A stretch of 36,275 bases of DNA from NCBI GenBank assembly GCA_032718475.1, contig JAUCBJ010003586.1, positions 1 to 36,275 on the forward strand, written 5' to 3'. Below the pieces are notes generated by a model. It was not told where the DNA came from, did no database searches, and saw only the letters and a program-made list of their open reading frames with translations. A program made the position numbers and the translations under genes. Source of the stretch: Nemertoderma westbladi. Lineage: Eukaryota > Animalia > Xenacoelomorpha. This document shows positions 1-10,416 of this stretch, in pieces; the stretch's first letter is position 1; each line of letters begins with the position of its first letter.

Positions 1-1125
1 AGTGCTCCTCAAGCGTAAGACTGTCTATCGTGGCTGGGGAGTTATGGCTCTCTCCCTTGAGCAGTATCCACGGCGTGATTTCGGATTGTGCGAGTTTTTC
101 TAATAGCTTGCTTTCTTCGTACTGAACCTTCTTACGTCGCAAGAGATCTTTATATTTCCTCCTGGCGATAAAGTAATTTTTTCGATCTGCTTCTGACCTG
201 TTCGTTTGGTTTAGTTTGTTCAGTATTTGTTCTTTTGCACAGCGACATTCGATGTCGAACCACGCTTTTCCATGGCGGTCAGTTAACTTTGGTTTGCAAA
301 CAGCTCTTTCAAACAGTTTGGTTAGTTCATCTGTCGCCTCATCGATAGATACTTCCTCTAGAAGAGATTGTATCTCGGACTCGTCGATCAGTTGTTCTAG
401 TAAACCTAGGTTTACTTTCCTGCTTAGTGGGTTCTCCGGTTTCTGGGGTTGAATAAGAGAGCAATCAAAATCAATCAATCAAAATCAAACAAAATCAATT
501 TCTGTAGAAACACGTAGGTGTTTTCGCAGTGGATTCGCTGTGGTGGAGACATCTGAAACATTAATTCCTGAGTTTTGTGGGCATCTCATCAACAGCAGAT
601 CTATTGTGCTCCGTCCCTGAGGCGATATGTAAGTATGTTGCTCTGGTTTGTTAAGGAGGGCAAAGCCCAGCGTCTTAAGTCCTTCTGTTAAATCTTTCCC
701 CCGAGTTCCTGAGTCTAAACGGCAGTTGAAATCTCCTCCGATAATAATTGTAGAATTTGGATCAGTATAGCTTAGCGCCTCGTTTATGGTGAGTAGATTC
801 TCCTCCACAGGGGTGTCGGGTTTGGAATAGAATAGGAGTACGATAGCAGGGGTTGTTTTAAGTACCATGTACGTAGATGTCGATTTAATAAGTGATGGTG
901 ACAAATCAGGTTTCGATAATATCATTAGACCACCAACTGGGCGGCCACGCGCTGGCTTTGTGGCCGGTTGGATAAAGGCATAGTGGCTCTCCATGGATAC
1001 CAGATTCTGGTTCCAACATAGAGTTTCAGTTAGTAGAATGGGATCAGATTTTTCAATTATTTCCTCTGCCGGTATATGATTTTGAATGTATTCATATCCT
1101 TCAATGTTCCACATGCACAGATGGT
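1..1125 (-). mobile_element. Non-LTR retrotransposon (LINE) ORF2 5' part: APE endonuclease plus linker, running off the left edge; antisense inside an intron of the + strand gene
   Basis: ORF 485..1417 has APE motifs WNIEG, LLTET, GGLMIL, IIIGGDFN, TYISPQGRSTIDL. Manual translation of 1-475 continues in the same frame (IDFDCSLIQ...KAWFDIECRCAK...ARRKYKDLLRRKK...PWILLK), typical of the LINE ORF2 linker. The two parts are separated only by a 24-nt insertion with two TGA stops. Confidence 0.9.
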
Positions 1126-1174
1126 TTATTACCATTATTAAAGAAAGAATAAGGTCCAAAACATTTTTATGTAG

Positions 1175-1215
1175 CCCTAATAACATTCGTGAATTCAGTA
1201 GGCCGATAATACCAG
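1175..1215 (+). CDS. Internal exon A of an unknown + strand gene (xPNNIREFSRPIIP)
   Basis: Acceptor tttttatgtag, donor CAG|gtaaga, 41 nt. Ends in phase 1 and joins exon B to form GAT (Asp). Confidence 0.65.
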
Positions 1216-1543
1216 GTAAGACAACCCCTACAGTAGTGCCGCTACAAACGAATAAAAATAATCTTAAAAAATGAACATTGCATTGTTGTGTCAAACTAAT
1301 AATCTTTTTACATAACCTTAACCTTAACCATAACCTTTTTACATTTTTATGAACGTGTTTATAGAAATTTTTTTTTTGAGTCACCAACCCGATTGTTATA
1401 GAAATAATTGTTGACAAATAGCAAAATGCTACTGTAGCTACAGTACTGTATATACAGTAAATTAAGTTAAACGTCTTCTAATTAATAGGCCTATATAAAT
1501 AAATAAATATTTTTTCACTTTTCCGAAACATCTTAAACAAAAG

Positions 1544-1617
1544 ATTTCAAGGAAGCAGCTGTCGATCAAAACAAAAGGAACGAAATTTACATGTCTAACA
1601 TTTACCAACAAACTCAG
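1544..1617 (+). CDS. Exon B of the unknown + strand gene (DFKEAAVDQNKRNEIYMSNIYQQTQ)
   Basis: Weak acceptor aaacaaaag, strong donor CAG|gtaagg. Open frame, phase-compatible with exons A and C. Confidence 0.7.
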
Positions 1618-1653
1618 GTAAGGTAAATATTAGGGGGGGAGGGGGGGGGGGGG

Positions 1654-1760
1654 TAAAATATAACAGTTTTATTATCTTGGTAAAATGGGACAAGTTTATT
1701 AGCTGAGTAAAATGCGTCAGGTTTATTAGCTAAGTAAAATGGGACAGGTTTATTTGGGTA
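1654..1760. repeat. Degenerate 27-bp tandem repeat (~4 copies) after an intronic G-run
   Basis: TAAAAT recurs at 1654, 1681, 1708 and 1735; consensus about TAAAATGGGACAGGTTTATTAGCTAAG. Confidence 0.8.
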
Positions 1761-1792
1761 AGATATACGATGTACGATTATTTATAAAGCTT

Positions 1793-3105
1793 AGCCGAGC
1801 CGAGCCGAGCCGAGCCGAGCCGAGCCGAGCCGAACCGAGCCGAGTCGAGTCGAGCCGAGCCGTGCCGAGCCGAGCCGAGCCGAGCCGAGCCGAGCCGAGC
1901 CGAGCCGAGCCGAGCCGAGCCGAGCCGAGCCGAGCCGAGCCGAGCCGAGCCGAGCCGAGCCGAGCCGAGCCGAGCCGAGCCGAGCCGAGCCGAGCCGAGC
2001 CGAGCCGAGCCGAGCCGAGCCGAGCCGAGCCGAGCCGAGCCGAGCCGAGCCGAGCCGAGCCGAGCCGAGCCGAGCCGAGCCGAGCCGAGCCGAGCCGAGC
2101 CGAGCCGAGCCGAGCCGAGCCGAGCCGAGCCGAGCCGAGCCGAGCCGAGCCGAGCCGAGCCGAGCCGAGCCGAGCCGAGCCGAGCCGAGCCGAGCCGAGC
2201 CGAGCCGAGCCGAGCCGAGCCGAGCCGAGCCGAGCCGAGCCGAGCCGAGCCGAGCCGAGCCGAGCCGAGCCGAGCCGAGCCGAGCCGAGCCGAGCCGAGC
2301 CGAGCCGAGCCGAGCCGAGCCGAGCCGAGCCGAGCCGAGCCGAGCCGAGCCGAGCCGAGCCGAGCCGAGCCGAGCCGAGCCGAGCCGAGCCGAGCCGAGC
2401 CGAGCCGAGCCGAGCCGAGCCGAGCCGAGCCGAGCCGAGCCGAGCCGAGCCGAGCCGAGCCGAGCCGAGCCGAGCCGAGCCGAGCCGAGCCGAGCCGAGC
2501 CGAGCCGAGCCGAGCCGAGCCGAGCCGAGCCGAGCCGAGCCGAGCCGAGCCGAGCCGAGCCGAGCCGAGCCGAGCCGAGCCGAGCCGAGCCGAGCCGAGC
2601 CGAGCCGAGCCGAGCCGAGCCGAGCCGAGCCGAGCCGAGCCGAGCCGAGCCGAGCCGAGCCGAGCCGAGCCGAGCCGAGCCGAGCCGAGCCGAGCCGAGC
2701 CGAGCCGAGCCGAGCCGAGCCGAGCCGAGCCGAGCCGAGCCGAGCCGAGCCGAGCCGAGCCGAGCCGAGCCGAGCCGAGCCGAGCCGAGCCGAGCCGAGC
2801 CGAGCCGAGCCGAGCCGAGCCGAGCCGAGCCGAGCCGAGCCGAGCCGAGCCGAGCCGAGCCGAGCCGAGCCGAGCCGAGCCGAGCCGAGCCGAGCCGAGC
2901 CGAGCCGAGCCAAGCCGAGCCGAGCCGAGCCGAGCCGAGCCGAGCCGAGCCGAGCCGAGCCGAGCCGAGCCGAGCCGAGCCGAGCCGAGCCGAGCCGAGC
3001 CGAGCCGAGCCGAGCCGAGCCGAGCCGAGCCGAGCCGAGCCGAGCCGAGCCGAGCCGAGCCGAGCCGAGCCGAGCCGAGCCGAGCCGAGCCGAGCCGAGC
3101 CGAGC
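1793..3105. repeat. (GCCGA)n pentanucleotide microsatellite, ~262 copies
   Basis: Directly visible and nearly perfect, with a few variants near 1830-1865 and 2912. Confidence 0.99.
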
Positions 3106-3189
3106 ACCAACCTCCGTAAATATACGCTAACTCCGTTAACTCCGACAGTACTCAGTAAATGTATGAGCGCAAGATCTAAATATGGTGTC

Positions 3190-3345
3190 CTTGAGCATGA
3201 GGATGACTTATACTTGTGTTCAAGGATCGTAAGTCATTCGCAGTAAATAAGGTGACAGACCTTGACTTTTTTGAGACGTTTAAAGGACACTGGCCTTGAA
3301 AATCAGGATGATCATACGATAATCATTGTGGTGGCGCGATTACAG
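3190..3345 (+). mobile_element. Diverged fragment of an RTE-type LINE 3' end, homologous to ~35640-35815
   Basis: Shares TTAAAGGACACTGGCCTTGAA exactly with the element at 35625-35880, plus collinear GCAGTRAATAAG, GACAG-CC-TGACTTT-TTGAGACG, GGATGATC and TGTGGYGGCGC. Confidence 0.75.
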
Positions 3346-3546
3346 TATCGATAAGCCTAGATTAATGCAGCATGCCTAAGTACGTATTGTGTCTAAAGAA
3401 AGTGTGCATGTGCATTATATACAATAATTTACATACATGTACAATTAATAATAAGCTAACAAAATTATAATGTCCTACTCCATTAATATGAAGTATTATT
3501 AGTGAATTTAATATGAAACGAAATATATCTGAAATGTTTCTTCTAG

Positions 3547-3706
3547 GTTTTGATCCAGAATACTACCCAGCAGACCGCACTTACACTGATGCAGATAAAA
3601 AAATTAGAACATTTGTGTAACTGTATGGCTCGAAAACTAATTCCTGATATACAGGGGACTTTGGATGAAATGGCGAAAGTGAATTCTGAGAATTCAAACA
3701 AACAAG
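3547..3706 (+). CDS. Exon C of the unknown + strand gene (VLIQNTTQQTALTLMQIKKLEHLCNCMARKLIPDIQGTLDEMAKVNSENSNKQ)
   Basis: Acceptor tgtttcttctag, donor AAG|gtaata, 160 nt. Starts in phase 0 (matches exon B) and ends in phase 1 (matches exon D). Confidence 0.8.
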
Positions 3707-3740
3707 GTAATACAGTAGATTGTGGAGCGATTCTGAAGTG

Positions 3741-4058
3741 GGAGGTACTCGGTACTGCGTACGTGCACGCAGTGCTGCAGCGGACCTACTGCTACTGTAT
3801 AACCCTTCCGGACACGTATACTGGGAGGTAGTCGGTACTGCGTACGTGCACGCAGTGCTGCAGCGGACCTACTGCTACTGTATAACCCTTCCGGACACAT
3901 ATACTGGGAGGTAGTCGGTACTGCGTACGTGCACGCAGTGCTGCAGCGGACCTACTGCTACTGTATAACCCTTCCGGAGGTACTCGGTACTGCGTACGTG
4001 CCCGCAGTGCTGCAGCGGACCTACTGCTACTGTATAACCCTTCCGGACACGTATACTG
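3741..4058. repeat. 83-bp tandem repeat, 4 copies (third copy shortened to 69 bp)
   Basis: GGAGGTA(C/G)TCGGTACTGCGTACGTGCACGCAGTGC... starts at 3741, 3824, 3907 and 3976. Confidence 0.97.
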
Positions 4059-5081
4059 GCACAACTTTGTACCGGTATGCGGTACTAACTTACAGTTAGT
4101 AATCATTAGTACAGTAAAGACTAGTAGAGTCCTATGAAATTAATCAATTATACAAAATTTGTTCAGTTTAGTGTTTCAGTAATAATATATACAGTATATA
4201 CAGGATATACAGTATAGTAGATAAATATTATACGATTTAGTCTGAAGTGTGTTGGTTATTTAATTTGAAAATATTTCCATACCAGTGTAGTAAGCCTAAG
4301 TGTTCGTTATTTTCTAGTACTGAATTTAGAAGTGAAGCTGACTCTGTGATGCCCCGAAGGGATAAATATATTGGTCTTTGAATATTATAAATAAATATAT
4401 ACGGGCGATAGTAAACTCAGAGTTTTTTTTACACATCCTTAATTATTTCACTTAACTCGGCGATGAACGCCCTTAAGTCGGCATGTCGACATACTACGGC
4501 CGTTTTGCGTTTTCCAAAAGTCTGTGGGGGTGTGTGGATCAGAATATCAGAATATATAACCAGCCATATTATAATAATTATAATTGTTCGCTAAGATGGC
4601 TTGCAGCTCCACTAGTGTTGTCCGTATACTGTATTTAAGGTATGAATCGGATCGATACCTAACAAAAATATAATCGCTCTAAATGCGTTGTGAAATTTTG
4701 CGAACTTTCGATAAACATAAATACTTTTATTTTAATTAATACTAATTAAAATGCTTATCTATAATGTAACTTTTAGCTTTCGAAACAATAGATTATGAAT
4801 TTAGTCATTCAACTTAGCTCAAAATAGGAGGTAACCCAAAACTAATACCCCAAAAAATATATAACAATAAAAATAATGCGGAACACATTAAATTGCATGA
4901 TTTCTTCCCTAGCAACGCGGAATTACATATCAACAATGTAACTATCGATTAGTTTCCCTCAAATTTGGTGCTGAAAATTTTAGTTTAATGACATATTTTA
5001 CAGTAGTTCATAGTTCGATCGATTTATTGAACTTCTACAAATTTACCAATTTAACATTCAACATCAACATTCCTTTATTAG

Positions 5082-5302
5082 ATCTGAACGATTTGCTTTG
5101 GTTTTCAAGGCAGAAAGTCGAGGATATCGGTAAACAACTGGATACGATGACGAAACTTAGTAACGAGTTCAAAGATCATCTGGTTACAGATGTCGATAAC
5201 GTTATAGTTGGGAGAAATCTGGTAGGGATTGTTGATAAAACACAGTGCAAACTGGACGATTTAAGGAAAAAACTGGGCGAGATTGAAAGAAAAAGCGGGT
5301 AA
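5082..5302 (+). CDS. Exon D of the unknown + strand gene, coiled-coil-like (DLNDLLWFSRQKVEDIGKQLDTMTKLSNEFKDHL...CKLDDLRKKLGEIERKSG). Ends at TAA 5300-5302 or at a donor GG|gtaaaa after 5298.
   Basis: Acceptor attcctttattag. G+AT forms Asp in frame with exon C. Heptad-like L/K/E pattern. Confidence 0.75.
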
Positions 5303-5373
5303 AACCGCGGAATGGTAAAACAAATTGGGCGAGATTGAAAGAAAAAGCGGGTAAAACCGCGGAATGGTAAAAC
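5270..5373. repeat. 52-bp tandem duplication spanning the end of exon D
   Basis: TGGGCGAGATTGAAAGAAAAAGCGGGTAAAACCGCGGAATGGTAAAAC occurs at 5274 and 5326. Confidence 0.97.
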
Positions 5374-5682
5374 GAATTTTATCAGGTTCTGACTTAGGCG
5401 GATATTTTTTGCAACAATTTAGCTGATTATTAAAAATGTTGTTATTTCTACAGATTGATTAAGTTAGTTTTATTTTCCGGTCGCGAATATTATTATTCGT
5501 AATTCGTACCATTCATGCAGGTTGCAAACATACTGAAATATCCAAAACAAAAGTATCTCATAACGCATTCTTGATAAAATTAAAATAGTAACCACAAAGT
5601 CAAGTCTCAGTTAAATACAAGATCGTCTTTTCTAGCTAAATTTTGTCTTTACCGTATAAATTATCAGTGAACACGAAACACT

Positions 5683-8600
5683 GGAGGCAACCCGAAGGCT
5701 CCTCTCTACCGGAGGCAACCCGAAGGCTCCTCTCTACCGGAGGCAACCCGAAGGCTCCTCTCTACCAGAGGCAACCCGAAGGCTCCTCTCTACCAGAGGC
5801 ATCCCAAAGGCTCCTCTCTACCAGAGGCAACCCGAAGGCTCCTCTCTACCAGAGGCAACCCGAAGGCTCCTCTCTACCAGAGGCAACCCGAAGGCTCCTC
5901 TCTACCAGAGGCATCCCGAAGGCTCCTCTCTACCAGAGGCAACCCGAAGGCTCCTCTCTACCGGAGGCAACCCGAAGGCTCCTCTCAACCAGAGGCATCC
6001 CAAAGGCACCTCTCTACCAGAGGCAACCCGAAGGCTCCTCTCTACCAGAGGCAACCCGAAGGTTCCTCTCTACCAGAGGCAACCCGAAGGCTCCTCTCTA
6101 CCGGAGGCAACCTGAAGGCTCCTCTCTACCGGAGGCAACCCGAAGGCTCCTCTCAACCAGAGGCATCCCAAGGGCTCCTCTCTACCAGAGGCAACCCGAA
6201 GGCTCCTCTCTACCAGAGGCAACCCGAAGGCTCCTCTCAACCACAGGCAACCCGAAGGCTCCTCTCAACCACAGGCAACCCGAAGGCTCCTCTCAACCAG
6301 AGGCAACCCGAAGGCTCCTCTCAACCAGAGGCAACCCGAAGGCTCCTCTCTACCAGAGGCAACCCGAAGGCTCCTCTCTACCGGAGGCAACCTGAAGGCT
6401 CCTCTCCACCAGAGGCAACCCGAAGGCTCCTCTCTACCAGAGGCATCCCAAAGGCTCCTCTCTACCAGAGGCAACCCGAAGGCTCCTCTCAACCACAGGC
6501 AACCCGAAGGCTCCTCTCAACCAGAGGCAACCCGAAGGCTCCTCTCAACCAGAGGCAGCCCGAAGGCTCCTCTCTACCAGAGGCAACCCGAAGGCTCCTC
6601 TCTACCGGAGGCAACCTGAAGGCTCCTCTCTACCAGAGGCAACCCGAAGGCTCCTCTCTACCAGAGGCATCCCAAAGGCTCCTCTCTACCAGAGGCAACC
6701 CGAAGGCTCCTCTCTACCAGAGGCAACCCGAAGGCTCCTCTCAACCACAGGCAACCCGAAAGCTCCTCTCAACCACAGGCAACCCGAAGGCTCCTCTCAA
6801 CCAGAGGCAACCCGAAGGCTCCTCTCTACCAGAGGCAACCCGAAGGCTCCTCTCTACCGGAGGCAACCTGAAGGCTCCTCTCTACCAGAGGCAACCCGAA
6901 GGCTCCTCTCTACCAGAGGCAATCCGAAGGCTCCTCTCTACCGGAGGCAACCTGAAGGCTCCTCTCTACCAGAGGCAACCCGAAGGCTCCTCTCTACCAG
7001 AGGCAACCCGAAGGCTCCTCTCTACCGGAGGCAACCTGAAGGCTCCTCTCTACCAGAGGCAACCCGAAGGCTCCTCTCTACCAGAGGCAACCCGAAGGCT
7101 CCTCTCTACCGGAGGCAACCTGAAGACTCCTCTCTACCAGAGGCAACCCGAAGGCTCCTCTCTACCAGAGGCAACCCGAAGGCTCCTCTCAACCAGAGGC
7201 AACCCGAAAACTCCTCTCAACCAGAGACAACCCGAAGGCTCCTCTCTGCCGGAGGCAACCTGAAGGCTCCTCTCTACCAGAGGCAACCCGAAGGCTCCTC
7301 TCAACCAGAGGCAACCCGAAGGCTCCTCTCAACCAGAGGCAACCCGAAGGCTCCTCTCTACCAGAGGCAACCCGAAGGCTCCTCTCAACCAGAGGCAACC
7401 CGAAGGCTCCTCTCAACCAGAGACAACCCGAAGGCTCCTCTCTGCCGGAGGCAACCTGAAGGCTCCTCTCTACCAGAGGCAACCCGAAGGCTCCTCACTA
7501 CCAGAGACAACCCGAAGGCTCCTCTCTACCAGAGGCAACCCGAAGGCTCCTCTCTACCAGAGGCAACCCGAAGGCTCCTCTCAACCAGAGACAACCCGAA
7601 GGCTCCACTCAACCAGAGGCAACCCGAAGGCTCCACTCAACCAGAGGCAACCCGAAGGCACCTCTCTGCCGGGGGCAACCTGAAGGCTCCTCTCTACCAG
7701 AAGCATCCCAAAGGCTCCTCTCTACCGGAGGCAACCCAAAGGCTCCTCTCTACCATAGGCAACCAGAATGCTCCTCTCTGCCAGAGACAACCTGAAGGCT
7801 GCTCTCTACCAGAGGCAACCCGAAGGCTCCTCTCTACCAGAGGCAACCCGAAGGCTCCTCTCAACCAGAGGCAACCCGAAGGCTCCTCTCAACCAGAGGC
7901 AACCCGAAGGCTCCTCTCAACCAGAGACAACCCGAAAGCTCCACTCAACCAGAGGCAACCCGAAGGCTCCACTCAACCAGAGGCACCCCAAAGGCACCTC
8001 TCTACCGGAGGCAACCCAAAGGTTCCTCTCTTCTGGAGGCAAGTCAATGGCTCCTCTCTTCTGGAGGCAACCCGAAGGCTCCTCTCTACCAGAGGCAACC
8101 CGAAGGCTCCTCTCAACCAGAGGCAACCCGAAGGCTCCTCTCAACCAGAGATAACCCGAAGGCTCCACTCAACCAGAGGCAACCCGAAGGCTCCACTCAA
8201 CCAGAGGCAACCCGAAGGCTCCTCTCAACCAGAGGCAACCCGAAGGTTCCTCTAAACCAGAGACAACCCGAAGGCTCCTCTAAACCAGAGACAACCCGAA
8301 GGCTCCTCTCAACCAGAGACAACCCGAAGGCTCCTCTAAACCAGAGACAACCCGAAGGCTCCTCTCAACCAGAGACAACCCGAAGGCTCCTCTCTACCGG
8401 AGGCAACCTGAAGGCTCCTCTCTACCAGAAGCATCCCAAAGGCTCCTCTCTACCGGAGGCAACCCAAAGGCTCCTCTCTACCATAGGCAACTAGAATGCT
8501 CCTCTCTGCCAGAGACAACCTGAAGGCTGCTCTCTACCAGAGGCAACCCGAAGGCTCCTCTCTACCAGAGGCAACCCGAAGGTTCCTCTCTACCAGAGGC

Positions 8601-9208
8601 AACCCGAAGGATCCTCTCTACCAGAGGCAACCCGAAGGTTCCTCTCTACCAGAGGCAACCCGAAGGATCCTCTCTACCGGAGGCAACCCGAAGGATACTC
8701 TCTGCCGGAGGCAACCTGAAGGCTCCTCTCAACCAGAAGCATCCCAAAGCCTCCTCTCTACCGGAGGCAACCCAAAGGCTCCTCTCTACCATAGGCAACT
8801 AGAATGCTCCTCTCTGCCAGAGACAACCTGAAGGCTGCTCTCTACCAGAGGCAACCCGAAGGCTCCTCTCTACCAGAGGCAACCCGAAGGTTCCTCTCTA
8901 CCAGAGGCAACCCGAAGGATCCTCTCTACCAGAGGCAACCCGAAGGTTCCTCTCTACCAGAGGCAACTAGAATGCTCCTCTCTACCAGAGGCAACCCGAA
9001 GGCTCCTCTCTACCATAGGCAACTAGAATGCTCCTCTCTGCCAGAGACAACCTGAAGGCTGCTCTCTACCGGAGGCAACCCGAAGGCTCCTCTCTACCAG
9101 AGGCAACCCGAAGGTTCCTCTCTACCAGAGGCAACCCGAAGGATCCTCTCTACCGGAGGCAACCCGAAGGATACTCTCTGCCGGAGGCAACCTGAAGACT
9201 CATCTCTC
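5683..9208. repeat. 28-bp minisatellite, 126 copies (AGAGGCAACCCGAAGGCTCCTCTCTACC)
   Basis: First and last units start at 5683 and 9183, exactly 125x28 apart. Divergence rises rightwards, with duplicated higher-order blocks. Confidence 0.99.
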
Positions 9209-10416
9209 ATAATAAGTGAATTATAACCTGAATAATGGCTTTGGCAGGACCAAGTTATTTTGTACAATAGCCACAGTCGCGTGGCTGTACCGTAAGAGGC
9301 CTACTACAGTATTACCATACTGTACGCCCGGATAACTCGCCCATGTATAGAATACCTGGTTTTCCAACCTACAACTAACCACCAGTAAACCACCAGTAAC
9401 CACCTGGCAATAAGAATAACATTTAAAAAACAAGTTATAGTAATTTGTTTTTTTCAATGTTCTCAATTTCAAGTATTATTTTTACAGAATTTTTGTTGTT
9501 TTGGAGAGAATAGAAATTGGATAGAATAGGCAACACGTCGCAGAGCGAAAACTTCCGCGACATATCTACATAAACTATTTCAATTAACATTTATGGCTTA
9601 TTTTTTTCATTATTAATTGATATTTTAGGGTGTGTCAGTTCTATTTAATATAATACCATAGTGATTTTATTTCCTTCCGTAACTATTACTTGAAGGAAAA
9701 TTTAAGTCGCGTTGCCTTTGTCTAACTAATCCGCTTGGATCCTCGGCAGGGCGTTGTTGTTTATTAATGGTTTATTATAGGAACGGTTCGAGGTTATCAG
9801 TTTCCTGAGCGATACAGTATCGCCCCCAAAGATGAACGGATACCCTGCCATTCCTATATCGGAGGCTTATCAGGGCAAACCGGATTCATTGGATTCGCAA
9901 GGATAAAGGATTAGCTGAAACAATCTATCCAATAACTTCGGCGTTGGCCTATTGTTTTAATCCAAAATCGTTGAACCAACCAATTTCATTTGTAGGTGTT
10001 AGGCGATGGGCATGAACTGGAATTCATTCTTATATGAAACGGATTGAGGGGGCCTGGGGGGGGGGTGGTTTGGGGGGGGGGGGGGCTCCAACTCGCCTCC
10101 CATAGTCATCCGAAAGTAAATAAATAAATTAGGAAAATCAAATTAAAAAACACAAAACCAGGGAGGCGGATGGTGATGTAAGAGTTGCCATGCGTGGAGT
10201 TGGTGTGTAGGGTGTAATCTTAGAACAAACCAGTTTATTCATCATACTTTGTAAGCAGCATTTGTTAGCATATGCTAATTTAGATTTAAAAATCAACCAC
10301 CATTTCTCTGCGAAAAGATTAATGTCAAGTTCTATTTGATATTAATGATATTTCCACAGATTTGCATAAGATAACAAAGAACAGAGAACCAGAAAGGGGA
10401 TCAACCAATTATTAAT

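Noticed and set aside
1126-1417. N-terminal ~100 aa of ORF 485..1417 as part of the LINE protein
   Set aside because: AT-rich host intron plus antisense exon A. Endonuclease similarity only begins at about MWNIEG.
1739-3130. Long ORFs with (AEPSR)n and (SARLG)n
   Set aside because: Translations of the stop-free (GCCGA)n microsatellite, which lies in an intron.
5643-9055. Repetitive-protein ORFs (QRQPEGSSLPEAT...)
   Set aside because: The 28-bp unit is not a multiple of 3, ORFs occur in several frames and on both strands, and CCTGA variants add stops at random.
9781-9915. Possible further + strand terminal exon after ttattatag
   Set aside because: In the phase needed to follow exon D it stops after about 9 codons, and the other frames have no recognisable similarity.
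10048-10085. G-runs as functional G-quadruplexes (also 1633-1653 and 25070-25089)
   Set aside because: Simple poly-G tracts with no other evidence of function; homopolymer lengths are also error-prone.
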